From NCBI GenBank assembly GCA_964510025.1, contig CAZDZV010000001.1, positions 1 through 63,948 on the forward strand: 63,948 bases of DNA, given 5' to 3'. Below the pieces are notes generated by a model. The model was not told where the DNA came from. It saw only the letters and a list, made by a program, of their open reading frames with translations, and did no database searches. Shown piece by piece: positions 30,024 to 40,400 of the stretch (position 1 is the stretch's first letter; every line of letters starts with the position of its first letter). Both the position numbers and the translations under genes were made by a program. This stretch comes from an uncultured Methanosarcinales archaeon (GTDB lineage: Archaea; Nanobdellota; Nanobdellia; Woesearchaeales; DATDXC01).

Positions 30024-30328
30024 TTAAGCTGGCCTTTCACCCACCTGGTGTAATCTTCATTGGCTTCTGCATCAATCTTGACTATTGCGGGACATTGGTA
30101 AGAGTGGATTTCTTCTACAAATCCCTTAATTTCCGAGTAAAGGCAGGATCTGGTCTTTGCCAGTATCACATACTCATTGTCTTGTTCTATGCCCCCTTTC
30201 CACCAGTACATGCTTTCTATAGGGAAGATATTTGAACAGGCGATAAGTCGCTTCTCTAGCAGTGCTTTGGAAATCTTTCTTGCTTCTTCCTTGTCTTTGC
30301 AGGTAATGTATATTAATGTCATTGGCAT
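30020..30328 (-). CDS. cutA: Divalent-cation tolerance protein CutA
   Basis: YITC...LLEKRLIACSNI...SMYWWKG...HSYQCP. Confidence 0.92.
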   Translation of the reverse strand: MPMTLIYITCKDKEEARKISKALLEKRLIACSNIFPIESMYWWKGGIEQDNEYVILAKTRSCLYSEIKGFVEEIHSYQCPAIVKIDAEANEDYTRWVKGQLK

Positions 30329-30361
30329 CGAAGAAAACACCTGGTCTTTTATAGTTTTCCT

Positions 30362-30958
30362 TTAATCAAGTATCTGGTCGACAAATATCCATTCATCAGG
30401 CCAGCCTTTTTTTATGATACCGTTCTCCATGTTTATGATAGGTATATAGTTGTGGTGCCTTCTGAGGGTGTTGCTTATCTTTGTTGTTATTATCTCCCTG
30501 ATGCAGTCTTCGCCTAGCTTTGCCTTCATGCTTACAAGTATCTTACCGTTAAATTCATCCACCAGCAGAGATTCTGTCTCAGCATCCAGGATAAGAACTA
30601 AGGCTAATCTTCCATCTTTTTCACCCAGATAAGAGAGGCTTATGTAGCTGTTATTGAAAGCCTGGAAGTTCATATCTTTTTCAACCTTCTCTATATAGTC
30701 GTTTCTGGTCAAACCGGTCTTGAATTTGATTATGTAGAGCTGCTTTGCCTTGAATATGCCTGTGCCAAACTCACCGGTGTCGAGGCTTGTGTAGTACCTT
30801 AAGATCCCTTCTTTTTCCATATTCTTCCTTTTTCTGTTGACCGTCATCACTGGAACACCTGTATTTTTTGATATCTGGTTATCAGATATCCTTGGATTCT
30901 TTATTAGCTCCCTTATCACCTTTCTCTCATTCCCGTCTATATTTCTTGTATTGCCCAT
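30362..30958 (-). CDS. Lrp/AsnC-like transcriptional regulator
   Basis: N-terminal HTH (LIKNPRISDNQISKNTGVPVMTVNRKRKNMEKEG); GGTGAT SD 4 nt upstream of the ATG at 30958. Confidence 0.75.
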   Translation of the reverse strand: MGNTRNIDGNERKVIRELIKNPRISDNQISKNTGVPVMTVNRKRKNMEKEGILRYYTSLDTGEFGTGIFKAKQLYIIKFKTGLTRNDYIEKVEKDMNFQAFNNSYISLSYLGEKDGRLALVLILDAETESLLVDEFNGKILVSMKAKLGEDCIREIITTKISNTLRRHHNYIPIINMENGIIKKGWPDEWIFVDQILD

Positions 30959-31080
30959 ATTTATCACCATTTATATATTTTATAAATTATATATCATTTA
31001 TCGTTATTTTCACGATTATGATATATTCATAACATGAATAAAGGATTAAATATATAAATATTTCTTCACATAGGGGCAGT

Positions 31081-31764
31081 ATGATTATGCCAGATGAGGT
31101 CCTGGATTCCTTGTATACAGGACTAACCCTATACAACCGACCAGACTTTGAGATGCCAACCAGATTTGGCAGCTTGGCAGACCTAGCTTCCCAAGATTTT
31201 CTTGCAGCACAGAAGCAGCTTGACGCATTAGCACAAGAAAGACCGCATCCGCATGAGTCTTTTCGAACCTATGGCGCTGACATGGTTGTTTTTTACAGTG
31301 ATGGTACTGTGGATAAATGTCTTAAGAATGAAAGGTTCAGGGACGGATTATCCTATCAGGAATTATACTTAAGAACCTACCTGCCAGCTGGACACAGACT
31401 TCATGTCGTTGCAGCAGAAAGGAAGAGGGAAAAAGAAAGGCTGAATGGGCAGCTGGATATTGGTATATATGTAACAAATGAACATGGCCAGCTGACTTTC
31501 CAAGATAGTTTCACGTACTCAACAAGCAGAAGGTCATCATACGTTGGGCTGTTATGCGCCCTTGTCAGCAGGACCATAATAAGGGTAAAATATAATCCTG
31601 CTGCAATGGCTGCTGCTGGATGCAGCATACTCGGAATAGGACTCAATGGGCGTGCAAGCAGAGCTATTAGCATGGCTTTAAAGGGTGATGCTATCAGAGA
31701 CTTAGATGCCCATAAACCTACCAGAAGATTTCTGCAGAATGAGAGGCATCAAGTGTTAAGATAG
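31081..31764 (+). CDS. Hypothetical protein
   Basis: 227-aa ORF after an AT-rich TATA region; no recognisable motif. Confidence 0.6.
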   Translation: MIMPDEVLDSLYTGLTLYNRPDFEMPTRFGSLADLASQDFLAAQKQLDALAQERPHPHESFRTYGADMVVFYSDGTVDKCLKNERFRDGLSYQELYLRTYLPAGHRLHVVAAERKREKERLNGQLDIGIYVTNEHGQLTFQDSFTYSTSRRSSYVGLLCALVSRTIIRVKYNPAAMAAAGCSILGIGLNGRASRAISMALKGDAIRDLDAHKPTRRFLQNERHQVLR

Positions 31765-33591
31765 TCAGCCAAGAAGTCTAATCTTCTTGCCTGCATGTAT
31801 AGCATTCATCAGCTGCTTGCCTATGGGGTTCTTTTTCTTGATCCTTATGATCCCTGTGGACCCTGCCTTAGCAGTCACAAGAAAATCCTCATCGATCTTT
31901 ATGTCGATATCCTTATTCTGATTTTTGATACCTAAATCAAAAAGCACAGAATTTTTCTTGTTTGTGATATCATAAGGAATTTCCGTCGCTTTATCAGCAG
32001 CCTTCTTACCGGCTGCCATTTCCTGCACATCAATGCTCATCCCCAGCCTTTTTTCCAGCTGGTCGATATTTTTGCCTTCTTTTCCGATAATCCGGGCAAT
32101 ATATTTCTCCGGAATCTTCACAATGCATTTATTGTCAGACACGCATTTAACGCTTACGTCATCGGTGTACTGCAGAAATTCGTTCCTTATGCTGTCTTCT
32201 GCCAGGCGGTGTATTCCGCTTTTTGTGACCTCTTCCTGCACCGGAACTACAACTGTCTGCTCACCGTAGCTGTAAATCTCGTACATCAACTTATCTGTTT
32301 CAAAATCGGTGATGATAACAACCGGCCTTGCCAAATCAGCTTCTGTCATTCCGGACGGTACCTTCACTGTCATCCTCAGGCTCAGGACATTATTGACTGT
32401 TCCGTTCTTTATGAACACAACTGTGTCAATTATCTGGGGAATCACCCCCATCTCCACTCTCCCAATAAATCTTTGTATAGCGTCAACGGGATTAGTGGCA
32501 TGGACAACCCCGACCATACCTACGCCCGCCAGCCTCATATCTGCAAAAAGCTTGAAATCATCTGTATTTCTCATCTCATCAAATATAGTATAATCTGGCC
32601 TTGAAAGAAGAAGGATGTCATGGACCTCCTGTGCGTCTCCGTGAGATATTGCATATTGAGTAACCTCATCAGGCAATATCAGGTCGCGAGGGGCCTCGAC
32701 TGTCTTAACAACCTTACTCTTAGAAGAATAATGCACAGAAAGCGCCTGAGCAAATGTGCTCTTCCCGTGGCCAGGAGAGCCCGCTATAAGAATGCCTTCA
32801 GCCTGCTCACTGATCCTGTTCTTGAGCTTTTCGCTTAGCTGATAGTCATCCAAATTTAGTATCTTAACGGGTCTGACTGCTGTAATCTCCCATCCATCCG
32901 CAAAAGGCGGCTTTGTGATGACAATCCTGTATCTGTCAAGCTGGACAATGGTGCTGCCCGGCCTTTCTATCTCGATAAAAGAATCGTCCCTGAGCTTAGC
33001 ATTCTCTATTATCTCTCTTGAAATTTTCTGGATCTCTTCCTGCTTCAAGACCTTTTTCCTCAGCGGTGTAAATTTCCAGCTTCCAGGAACCCCTTTTTTT
33101 GCATACGGGATAACATTCTCCCTCAAATGCACAGACATTGTCTCATTATCAAAGAACTTCTCAAGCATGAGTGGCTTAATCTCCACCTTTGGCTCTATGT
33201 AGATAACATCCATGCCCTTGGCCTCAGCAACTTTACTCTGAACATGGTCTGATGTCAATAATGTTGCATCTTCCTCATAGGCAAGGTCGCGTATCATGGA
33301 ATCTATCTCTCCTAATGATGCATACTTTATCTCAGACATTTTAGGACGCTGACCCATAAATTTTATCTCGAAATCCTTGGCCATCCCCTTGATCCTGTTC
33401 AGCTCGTCCAGCCCCAGGTAGCCGATAGCCTTGTCCTGGTTTGCCTGATGCTCAAGTTCAGCCAAGACTGCCTCATGTATTATTATGCTGGCCACTGAAA
33501 TAGCCTTGTTTTTAAGTTTCTCAGAAAGCAGACCTTCAATCAAAACAGATGTATCCGGAACCAGCTTTTCTATTTTATCCACCATGGACAT
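31765..33591 (-). CDS. PIN-domain ATPase with KH domain (PINA-like)
   Basis: N-terminal PIN (VPDTSV), Walker A AGSPGHGKST, DEMR, KH motif IIGKEGKNI. Confidence 0.9.
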   Translation of the reverse strand: MSMVDKIEKLVPDTSVLIEGLLSEKLKNKAISVASIIIHEAVLAELEHQANQDKAIGYLGLDELNRIKGMAKDFEIKFMGQRPKMSEIKYASLGEIDSMIRDLAYEEDATLLTSDHVQSKVAEAKGMDVIYIEPKVEIKPLMLEKFFDNETMSVHLRENVIPYAKKGVPGSWKFTPLRKKVLKQEEIQKISREIIENAKLRDDSFIEIERPGSTIVQLDRYRIVITKPPFADGWEITAVRPVKILNLDDYQLSEKLKNRISEQAEGILIAGSPGHGKSTFAQALSVHYSSKSKVVKTVEAPRDLILPDEVTQYAISHGDAQEVHDILLLSRPDYTIFDEMRNTDDFKLFADMRLAGVGMVGVVHATNPVDAIQRFIGRVEMGVIPQIIDTVVFIKNGTVNNVLSLRMTVKVPSGMTEADLARPVVIITDFETDKLMYEIYSYGEQTVVVPVQEEVTKSGIHRLAEDSIRNEFLQYTDDVSVKCVSDNKCIVKIPEKYIARIIGKEGKNIDQLEKRLGMSIDVQEMAAGKKAADKATEIPYDITNKKNSVLFDLGIKNQNKDIDIKIDEDFLVTAKAGSTGIIRIKKKNPIGKQLMNAIHAGKKIRLLG

Positions 33592-33665
33592 CGAATAATC
33601 GGCCTAGTTTAAAAAGTTTTTTAAAAATAACAAAGTTTTTAAATCTGTATCGGATTTAAGCAGTC

Positions 33666-33899
33666 ATGCCTCCCAAACCGCCCCATAACCCGCCTCCGCC
33701 GCCCCATCGAAGGCATCCGAAATATGGAAGCCTGCTTACAGTAATTTTGGTAAGCTTTCTTGTTTCCAGTGTGATCACATTCATAATTGCCTCTATAATG
33801 CTGTACTTCAGGCTGAATGCAGACATTATGATTCCTTCATTGGCACCTGTCTGGATTGGCCTTATGACAATATCGTACATGGCCCAGACAGAGAAATAG
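33666..33899 (+). CDS. Small membrane protein with Pro-rich N-terminus
   Basis: Two hydrophobic segments; TATA-like TTTAAAT upstream. Confidence 0.55.
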   Translation: MPPKPPHNPPPPPHRRHPKYGSLLTVILVSFLVSSVITFIIASIMLYFRLNADIMIPSLAPVWIGLMTISYMAQTEK

Positions 33900-35876
33900 C
33901 TAATCGAAAATCCTGCTTAGAAACTTTACAAAATCAGTGAAGAATATCTGAATCCTCTGCAGGGCATTGACCTTGTTAAGCGTAATGAAAAAACTCTTTT
34001 CTATAGAAGCCTGACGATTATTTCGGTCGTTGAACGTGAGTTGTATATCCAGCTTGTTCTGCCCAACGCTCAGGTCTTTCCCTTTCAATGTAACAGTAAA
34101 TTTCTTATCATTGTCCACCTCATCCAACGTCCAAGTCTTTTTGAAACCATCCTCATTAAGGTTGATTATTACGTTCTCAGGGTTTGATACAGATCCTTTT
34201 GATAGGATAAAAGAGACGGTATATTCCTCGTCAAACGAGACATGTGTCGGGAAGGTTATGTTGTTTATCTCCAGCCTGGGTGGATCATGGATAGCCACTT
34301 CAATGAACTCATTGGCTATCATCTTTTGGCTCTTCGCTTCCACAATGATCTCATGTTCGCCAACCTTATCGGTGCTGAAGTCAAGATCCACTTTTTTCCT
34401 TTCTCCAATCCCAAGCACGATCCTATTACAGAAATCACCAATACAGATGTCAAGCTCTTCAAGAAGTATATTGCCGGTATTCCTGACTGAGCATGATATC
34501 GTCGGCGTCTCATATGTATAGAAACTTGCCCGGTCTATTGAGCAGTTCAGATCAACCTGTCTTGAATAGTCTTTATGGGAATCATCTTCCTTCATATGCC
34601 TTAATGACTCGATCTCTGAGGGGCTGTAGTAATAGCCCTGATCAGAAGCTGAAAATGTAGCAGAGGATGATATGTTTTCAAGAGAGCTTATTGTAATAGG
34701 GAAAGTATATATGAACCTATCCTCCAAATCAGACCGGACCCTTACTGTCCAGTATATTTTTTTCTTCTGTTGGGGGTAAAGCAATATCTGCTTTCTGGGC
34801 TCTTCTATGACCTCTATCTCTCTCGGCCTTGAAAGAGAAAGCTCATTGGCAAAATAATAGTCCTGGAGATTAGTAATTTCAGCTTCTACAAGATTATAAG
34901 AGCCGAACGTCACTGAATGCTTTATTGCATGAGTTTCAATCTGAATCTTATCCGTTGTGGCATCAAGAGATTGCTGCGGCTTTACGTCAAACATAAGGCT
35001 TTTTGTCTCTGTATCAATATCTCTTCCAACCCATTGATATTTTGTCGAAGCATCATCGGCATCTACCGCATCTTTAAGCTTGATATGCGTTGTATCTATA
35101 TATCCCAGCTGGCCATAAGTTATGTCAAATGGGACCCAGCCATGGCCGGGAAAATACACTTCTGCCCATCCGTGGGGCCCCCATTCTTCCTCAAACTGCT
35201 CTGAATTCGTATAAGATATCCCTGAAACAAATCTTGCCGGGATCCCCAATGCCCTGTTTAAGGCTATAAAAAGATTTGTCAGCTCATCGCAAACACCCTG
35301 CCTTTCTTCTAAAACCCAAGATGCTTTTTGTGTTGCCTCTGCAGTTACAGTACTCAGGTCATATTCAATGTTGCCCTTTACCCATGATGCCAGATTAAAC
35401 ACAACCTGGTATAGGTCATCTTCCCCTTTTGCCAGATGATTTGCCAATGCAAATATAGAAGGATTATCTGAATCAATCGTGGAAGAGGGTTCCTGGTAAA
35501 TCCCCAAATCTATATCAACAGGAAAACCTATCTTGTTCTTAACCTCTATCTGCCGAGCATATGTCCTGACATCTGCATCAACCATGAACTGCAGGTTTGT
35601 CTCAGACGGCTCTTCCCAGATAAATTGGACATATTTATCATCTAATTGAGATCCAGGTGAAGTTGAAAAAGAAATGACATCCTGCCGGTAGCTCTCCCTT
35701 GGGTAAAGGCTTAGATTTATCCGGACGAAACGCACAGCTGAATGTGAAGAGGTCCTGATTATGCCAATATCTGAGTAGATCTTAAGATTAATCAGCATCT
35801 CATCAGAATTAAGAAAACTGTCAGCTGCAGATAATGGAAGCATCACAATCAGGACAAACAAACATAGGTTTCTCAT
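33900..35876 (-). CDS. Secreted transglutaminase-like domain protein
   Basis: Signal peptide; Cys-His-Asp triad motifs GVCDE...GIPARFVSG, HGWAE, WVPFD. Confidence 0.88.
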   Translation of the reverse strand: MRNLCLFVLIVMLPLSAADSFLNSDEMLINLKIYSDIGIIRTSSHSAVRFVRINLSLYPRESYRQDVISFSTSPGSQLDDKYVQFIWEEPSETNLQFMVDADVRTYARQIEVKNKIGFPVDIDLGIYQEPSSTIDSDNPSIFALANHLAKGEDDLYQVVFNLASWVKGNIEYDLSTVTAEATQKASWVLEERQGVCDELTNLFIALNRALGIPARFVSGISYTNSEQFEEEWGPHGWAEVYFPGHGWVPFDITYGQLGYIDTTHIKLKDAVDADDASTKYQWVGRDIDTETKSLMFDVKPQQSLDATTDKIQIETHAIKHSVTFGSYNLVEAEITNLQDYYFANELSLSRPREIEVIEEPRKQILLYPQQKKKIYWTVRVRSDLEDRFIYTFPITISSLENISSSATFSASDQGYYYSPSEIESLRHMKEDDSHKDYSRQVDLNCSIDRASFYTYETPTISCSVRNTGNILLEELDICIGDFCNRIVLGIGERKKVDLDFSTDKVGEHEIIVEAKSQKMIANEFIEVAIHDPPRLEINNITFPTHVSFDEEYTVSFILSKGSVSNPENVIINLNEDGFKKTWTLDEVDNDKKFTVTLKGKDLSVGQNKLDIQLTFNDRNNRQASIEKSFFITLNKVNALQRIQIFFTDFVKFLSRIFD

Positions 35877-35936
35877 GCAGCAAAATTAGCTGGCCGCATA
35901 TATAAGGTTTGTGATTAAACAGGGCAGGATTACCAC

Positions 35937-35965
35937 CTAGCCCTTTTTTGGAAAAAAAGTGCTAG
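35937..35965. terminator. Imperfect hairpin downstream of tRNA-Ser, possible terminator
   Basis: CTAGCCCTTTTTT-GG-AAAAAAAGTGCTAG, extendable by flanking GGATT/AATCC. Confidence 0.3.
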
Positions 35966-36023
35966 AATCCCAAAAAACGTATTTTCTCACTTGTTGGAAT
36001 ATGGGAAATTGGCAGATATTATA

Positions 36024-36139
36024 CGCCGCGGGTGGGATTTGAACCCACATATCCGTGAGGAAACAGGATTAGCAATCCTGCGCAGTTGGCTGACTCGGGG
36101 TCAGTGCCTCCGTCATGTACCAGGTTGTGCCACCGCGGC
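36024..36139 (-). tRNA. tRNA-Ser(GCU) with a 32-nt D-arm intron (36085-36116)
   Basis: GCCGCGG acceptor, CAGGA-TT-GCT-AA-TCCTG anticodon arm, long variable arm, GGTTCAAATCC T arm, G discriminator; removing the intron restores the D arm. Confidence 0.9.
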
Positions 36140-36325
36140 ATAAGGTCTAGGTATTATGATTTATTTTTAAAGTTTTTTAATATTTCGCCAGTTTCGGGAC
36201 ACAATTCAATAGGGAATCCAAGGATGCTATAGATGCCCAAACAGCAGCCCCTTCCTCTTATGCTCTCAGGTATCAAGCTCAGGCGTTACTTTTATAAAGA
36301 GAATAGATTTCCTTTTAGACAATGC

Positions 36326-36439
36326 AGCGGGGTAGGGCAGTCTGGAGTGCCCGGAGGGCTCATAACGCTCATTGTCGCTTTCAAGGCGGCTGAGCTGTCT
36401 GAAACCCTCAGGTCGGTGGTTCAAATCCACTCCCCGCTA
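36326..36439 (+). tRNA. Initiator tRNA-Met(CAU) with a 39-nt anticodon-loop intron (~36365-36403)
   Basis: A1-U72 pair (AGCGGGG/CCCCGCT-A), GAGGG/CCCTC anticodon stem with three G-C pairs, GGTTCAAATCC; TTTATAAA box upstream. Confidence 0.9.
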
Positions 36440-36481
36440 TTCTCCGATAACTATTTAAACGAATTAAGGCTGCTTTTTCGC

Positions 36482-37402
36482 ATGACATTGGTGTGCGGGA
36501 TCGATGAAGCAGGAAGAGGGCCTGTGGTAGGCCCGATGGTAATGGCCGGTGTCGTCATAAACAAGAAAGATCTTTCTAAACTAAAAAGAATGGGTGTAAG
36601 GGATTCCAAGCTGCTAACAAGAAAGAAAAGAGATGAGCTGTTCGACAAAATCAAGGAGAAAGTAGAGGCTTTTGAGATTATAATAATAGAGCCTAGTGAG
36701 ATCGATGATGCTTTAAAATCCGACAACCTGAACCTAAACTGGCTTGAAGCCCAGAAATCTGCTGAGATAATCAAAAAACTTAAGCCTGACGAGATCATCG
36801 TAGACAGCCCTTCGAACAACTGCGGAGCATATTCCAGTTATCTAGAAAAACTTCTAGAACCTGGATCATGGGATATTGCCCACAATAAGGACAGAAGAGG
36901 CTCACATTTGATATGCACACATAAAGCAGACCTTAAATATGTACAGGTAGCGGCAGCTTCTATACTTGCCAAGGTAGTCAGAGACAGAGAGATAGACAAG
37001 ATCAAGAAGAGATACGGTGATTGCGGTCCAGGGTATATGTCAAATCCGATAACGCAGAAATTTTTAGAGGAAAACTGGGAAAAGCATCCTGAAATATTCA
37101 GGAAAAGCTGGGTATCCTACAAGAATCATGAAAAGATGAAATTCCAAAAAAAGATCGAGGATTTTGAGAAATTTCTGCAAGAGCATGACACCCTTGGAGA
37201 AAAATTTGAGAAAGAAGAGCTGTCTTTTCTCAAGGAGTTTGGATACAGGTTCATAAAACCAAAAAGCAAATATGAGATAGCCAGGATGACCGGGGCCGCC
37301 GGAGCTGTAGTATTGTACAATACCGGCAAGGTGCTGGTGCAGGGCAAGAATACAGACCAGATAAAGAAAATTCTAATCAGTAAAGGGTTCAAAGCCAACT
37401 AA
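36482..37402 (+). CDS. rnhB: Ribonuclease HII with an extra C-terminal TBP-like domain
   Basis: GIDEAGRGP, DSK, HKAD, AASILAKV.RD; C-terminal VVLYNTGKVLVQG. Confidence 0.92.
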   Translation: MTLVCGIDEAGRGPVVGPMVMAGVVINKKDLSKLKRMGVRDSKLLTRKKRDELFDKIKEKVEAFEIIIIEPSEIDDALKSDNLNLNWLEAQKSAEIIKKLKPDEIIVDSPSNNCGAYSSYLEKLLEPGSWDIAHNKDRRGSHLICTHKADLKYVQVAAASILAKVVRDREIDKIKKRYGDCGPGYMSNPITQKFLEENWEKHPEIFRKSWVSYKNHEKMKFQKKIEDFEKFLQEHDTLGEKFEKEELSFLKEFGYRFIKPKSKYEIARMTGAAGAVVLYNTGKVLVQGKNTDQIKKILISKGFKAN

Positions 37403-37441
37403 CCATAAAATTAATAAACAAAACTAGATGGTTAAGAATTA

Positions 37442-40400
37442 ATGACAAAAATAAACAGACTTGTCATGCACGGGTTCAAAAGCTTTGCAAAGCATACAGA
37501 GCTAGTTTTTGGACCAAAATTCAACGTGATTCTTGGTCCCAATGGTAGCGGCAAAAGCAATGTACTTGACTCCTTGTGTTTCGTTCTTGGAAAGACGAGC
37601 GCCAAGTCGATGCGAGCGGAAAAGTCATCCAACTTGATCTATAACGGCGGAAAATCCAAAAAGCCTGCTAAACAAGGAGAGGTAAGCATATATTTTGACA
37701 ATGTAAACAAAACGTTCCCCACCGAGGAAAAGGAAGTAAAGATCACCAGGATCGTAAGGCAGACCGGCCAGAGCGTGTATAAGATTAACGATAATATCAG
37801 AACAAGAGAACAGATACTAGATCTCCTAAATATAGCCAAAATCAATCCGGACGCCTACAATATAATACTCCAGGGAGATATAGTAAAATTTGTGGAAATG
37901 TCCCCTAATGACAGAAGAGTTCTAATAGAGGACATTTCGGGCATATCTGTCTATGAGGAAAAGAAGCACAAAGCGCTTCTAGAACTGGAAAAAGTTGAAA
38001 AAAAGCTAAATGATGCAGACATAGTGCTAAAGGAAAGAAACGCCTATCTGAAAGAGCTCAAAAAGGACAGGGACCAGGCTTTGAAATTTAAAGAGATGAA
38101 CGAAAAAATAACAAAATACAGAGCTTCCCTCCTAAAGCTTCAGATCGATAGCAAGGAAAAACAACGGCAGGAGATACAAGCCAGACTGGAAGCCGCCAAT
38201 AAAGAAATCGAAAAGATAAACGGCAAGATAAAGCAGCTTAAGGATGAAAATGCATCAAAAAGCCAGGAACTGGACCGAATAAGCAAGGAAATCGAAGAAA
38301 AGGGCGAGGTTGAACAGGTTAACCTTAATAAGGAAATCGAAGCAAAAAAAATAGAACTCACGAAAAAAGAGTATCGGCAGAATACGGTTAAAGCAGAGCT
38401 CTCCAAGATAGATACAAGAAAGCAGGAATTAACAAACACGATAAAAGAAACCGAGAATAATATATCGTCTTTAGAGGAACAGAAAAAGTCACTAGGGAAT
38501 AAGCTTCTGGAAAATGAAAAAGAAAAACAGGAAGTCAACCAGAAAATAGTGCATTTTAGAAAGAAGAACAATATGGATGATATTTCTAACCTGGATAAGA
38601 CAATAGAGGAGATCGACGGTAAATCGGAGAACCTGCAAAAACAGATCCATAAGCTGAGGGAAGATCAGCATAACCTGATAAGAGAAAAGGATTCTATACA
38701 ACACGATATCAACAGCATTGACAACCAGATTAAGAAAGTGACCGAAATTGAAAAGGAGCACCACAATGAGATAGAAGATCTACGAAGGAAGAGAAAGCAA
38801 TTCAAAGAGATGACTCTTGAGCTAAATAAGCGGCTGAATGAGGACTCCTCCATGGCGGTTGAGTCAAATACCTATGAGGAAAAGCTTAGAAAACTTAAGG
38901 AAGAGCTGGCCGCGCTTCAGGCCAGAAAGGTAAGCATCAGGGAGGCCTCCTTAGGGGATATGGCTATAAAAAAAATATTGGCCTTAAAAAAGCCGGGCAT
39001 TTACGGGACTGTAGCTGAGCTGGGAAATGTCAAGTCTAAGTATTCCTTGGCTTTAGAGATAGCTGCAGGACCACGGCTAAAAAGCATAGTTGTTGAGGAT
39101 GATAAGGTTGCATCTGAATGCATCAAGTACCTCAAGTCAAATAAGCTTGGGATTGCCACTTTTCTGCCGCTATCCAAACTGAAGCCCAAAAGCACTGAAG
39201 AAGATACAAAAAAAATATCTGAAGCAAGAGGCAGCCATGGTCTGGCTTACGAACTGGTGGAATTTGAACCGAGATTCCAGAAAGTATTCCAATATATATT
39301 TGCAAATACCGTCGTAGTAGAGGATATAGACGTTGCAAGAAGACTTGGTGTAGGAAAGGCCAAGATGGTAACCCTGGATGGAGATGTTGCTGAATTAAGC
39401 GGTGTCATGACAGGAGGATTCAGGGACAAGAAAAGGAAAGGCCTTGGCTTCCGGGAAAAAGAGGTCAGCAAAGGGATCGATGATTTCGGAGGCCAGATAG
39501 AAGAAACAGAAAGGAGCATCAGCAATCTTGACAAAAAAAGGAAAGAAAACCAGGCCAGGATCGATGAATTGAGGAAAACAAAGGCTGAAATAGAGGGCGA
39601 AATCATCAAGAGGGAAAAAAGCCTGCACCTGGAGCCAACTGAGCTGGATATTTCCAAGAACAAGAAACAGGAACTTGAACTAAAGCTAAAGGAAGTAGAC
39701 AAAAGCATTGAAAAAGTAATAGGAGAAATATCCGAACTTAACAAGGAACTTGCGCAGTATAAGATTAAAAAACAGGAGATAAGGTCTAAAATTTCCAGCC
39801 TCAGAGACCCTGCGCTTCTGGCTGAGATCAGCACCTTTGAAGAGAAGCTAGGGCAGATAAATTCAACTTCAGTTGAACTGAATTCTGAGATAAAGAATAT
39901 CGGCAGCCAGATCTCCAATATACACCGACCTGAGATCGAAAAAATCATGAGCATATTAAGGCAGCTTGATGCTGAGCATGCGAAATTCGGAGATGAACTA
40001 AAGGCACTGAAGCTGGAGATTAAGGCCATGAAGGATGATCTGGAAAAAAAGGAAAAACAAGCAAAGATATTCTATGCCCAGTTTAAGGAGCTATTCAGCC
40101 GCCAGACCCAACTAAACGAAAAAATGAAAGATAACGAGATAGAGATAAACTCTGAAAGAGAAAAAAGCGTCCAGACCGAAATAAAGAGCAATACCCACTC
40201 CCTTAAGCTATCGGAAGCATCAGCTCATCTCAGCGCCCTGAAACAAGAGTTCCAAAAATATGAAGGGATCAAGCTTTCAACTGAAAAAAACATTGACCAG
40301 CTTAAGCATGAGATAGGCAAATACGAAAAAATGAAGGATGATGTGGGGTTTGTAAACATGAGGGCACTAGAGATATACTCTGATGTGGAAAAAGAGTATA

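Noticed and set aside
36185..36290. GC-richer spacer between tRNA-Ser and tRNA-iMet as an ncRNA or small ORF
   Set aside because: No convincing fold, C/D boxes or supported start codon was found by eye; an Rfam scan would be needed.
36233..36481. ORF-track 83-aa N-terminal extension of RNase HII
   Set aside because: It runs through the tRNA-iMet gene; a TATA box at 36454 supports the start at 36482.
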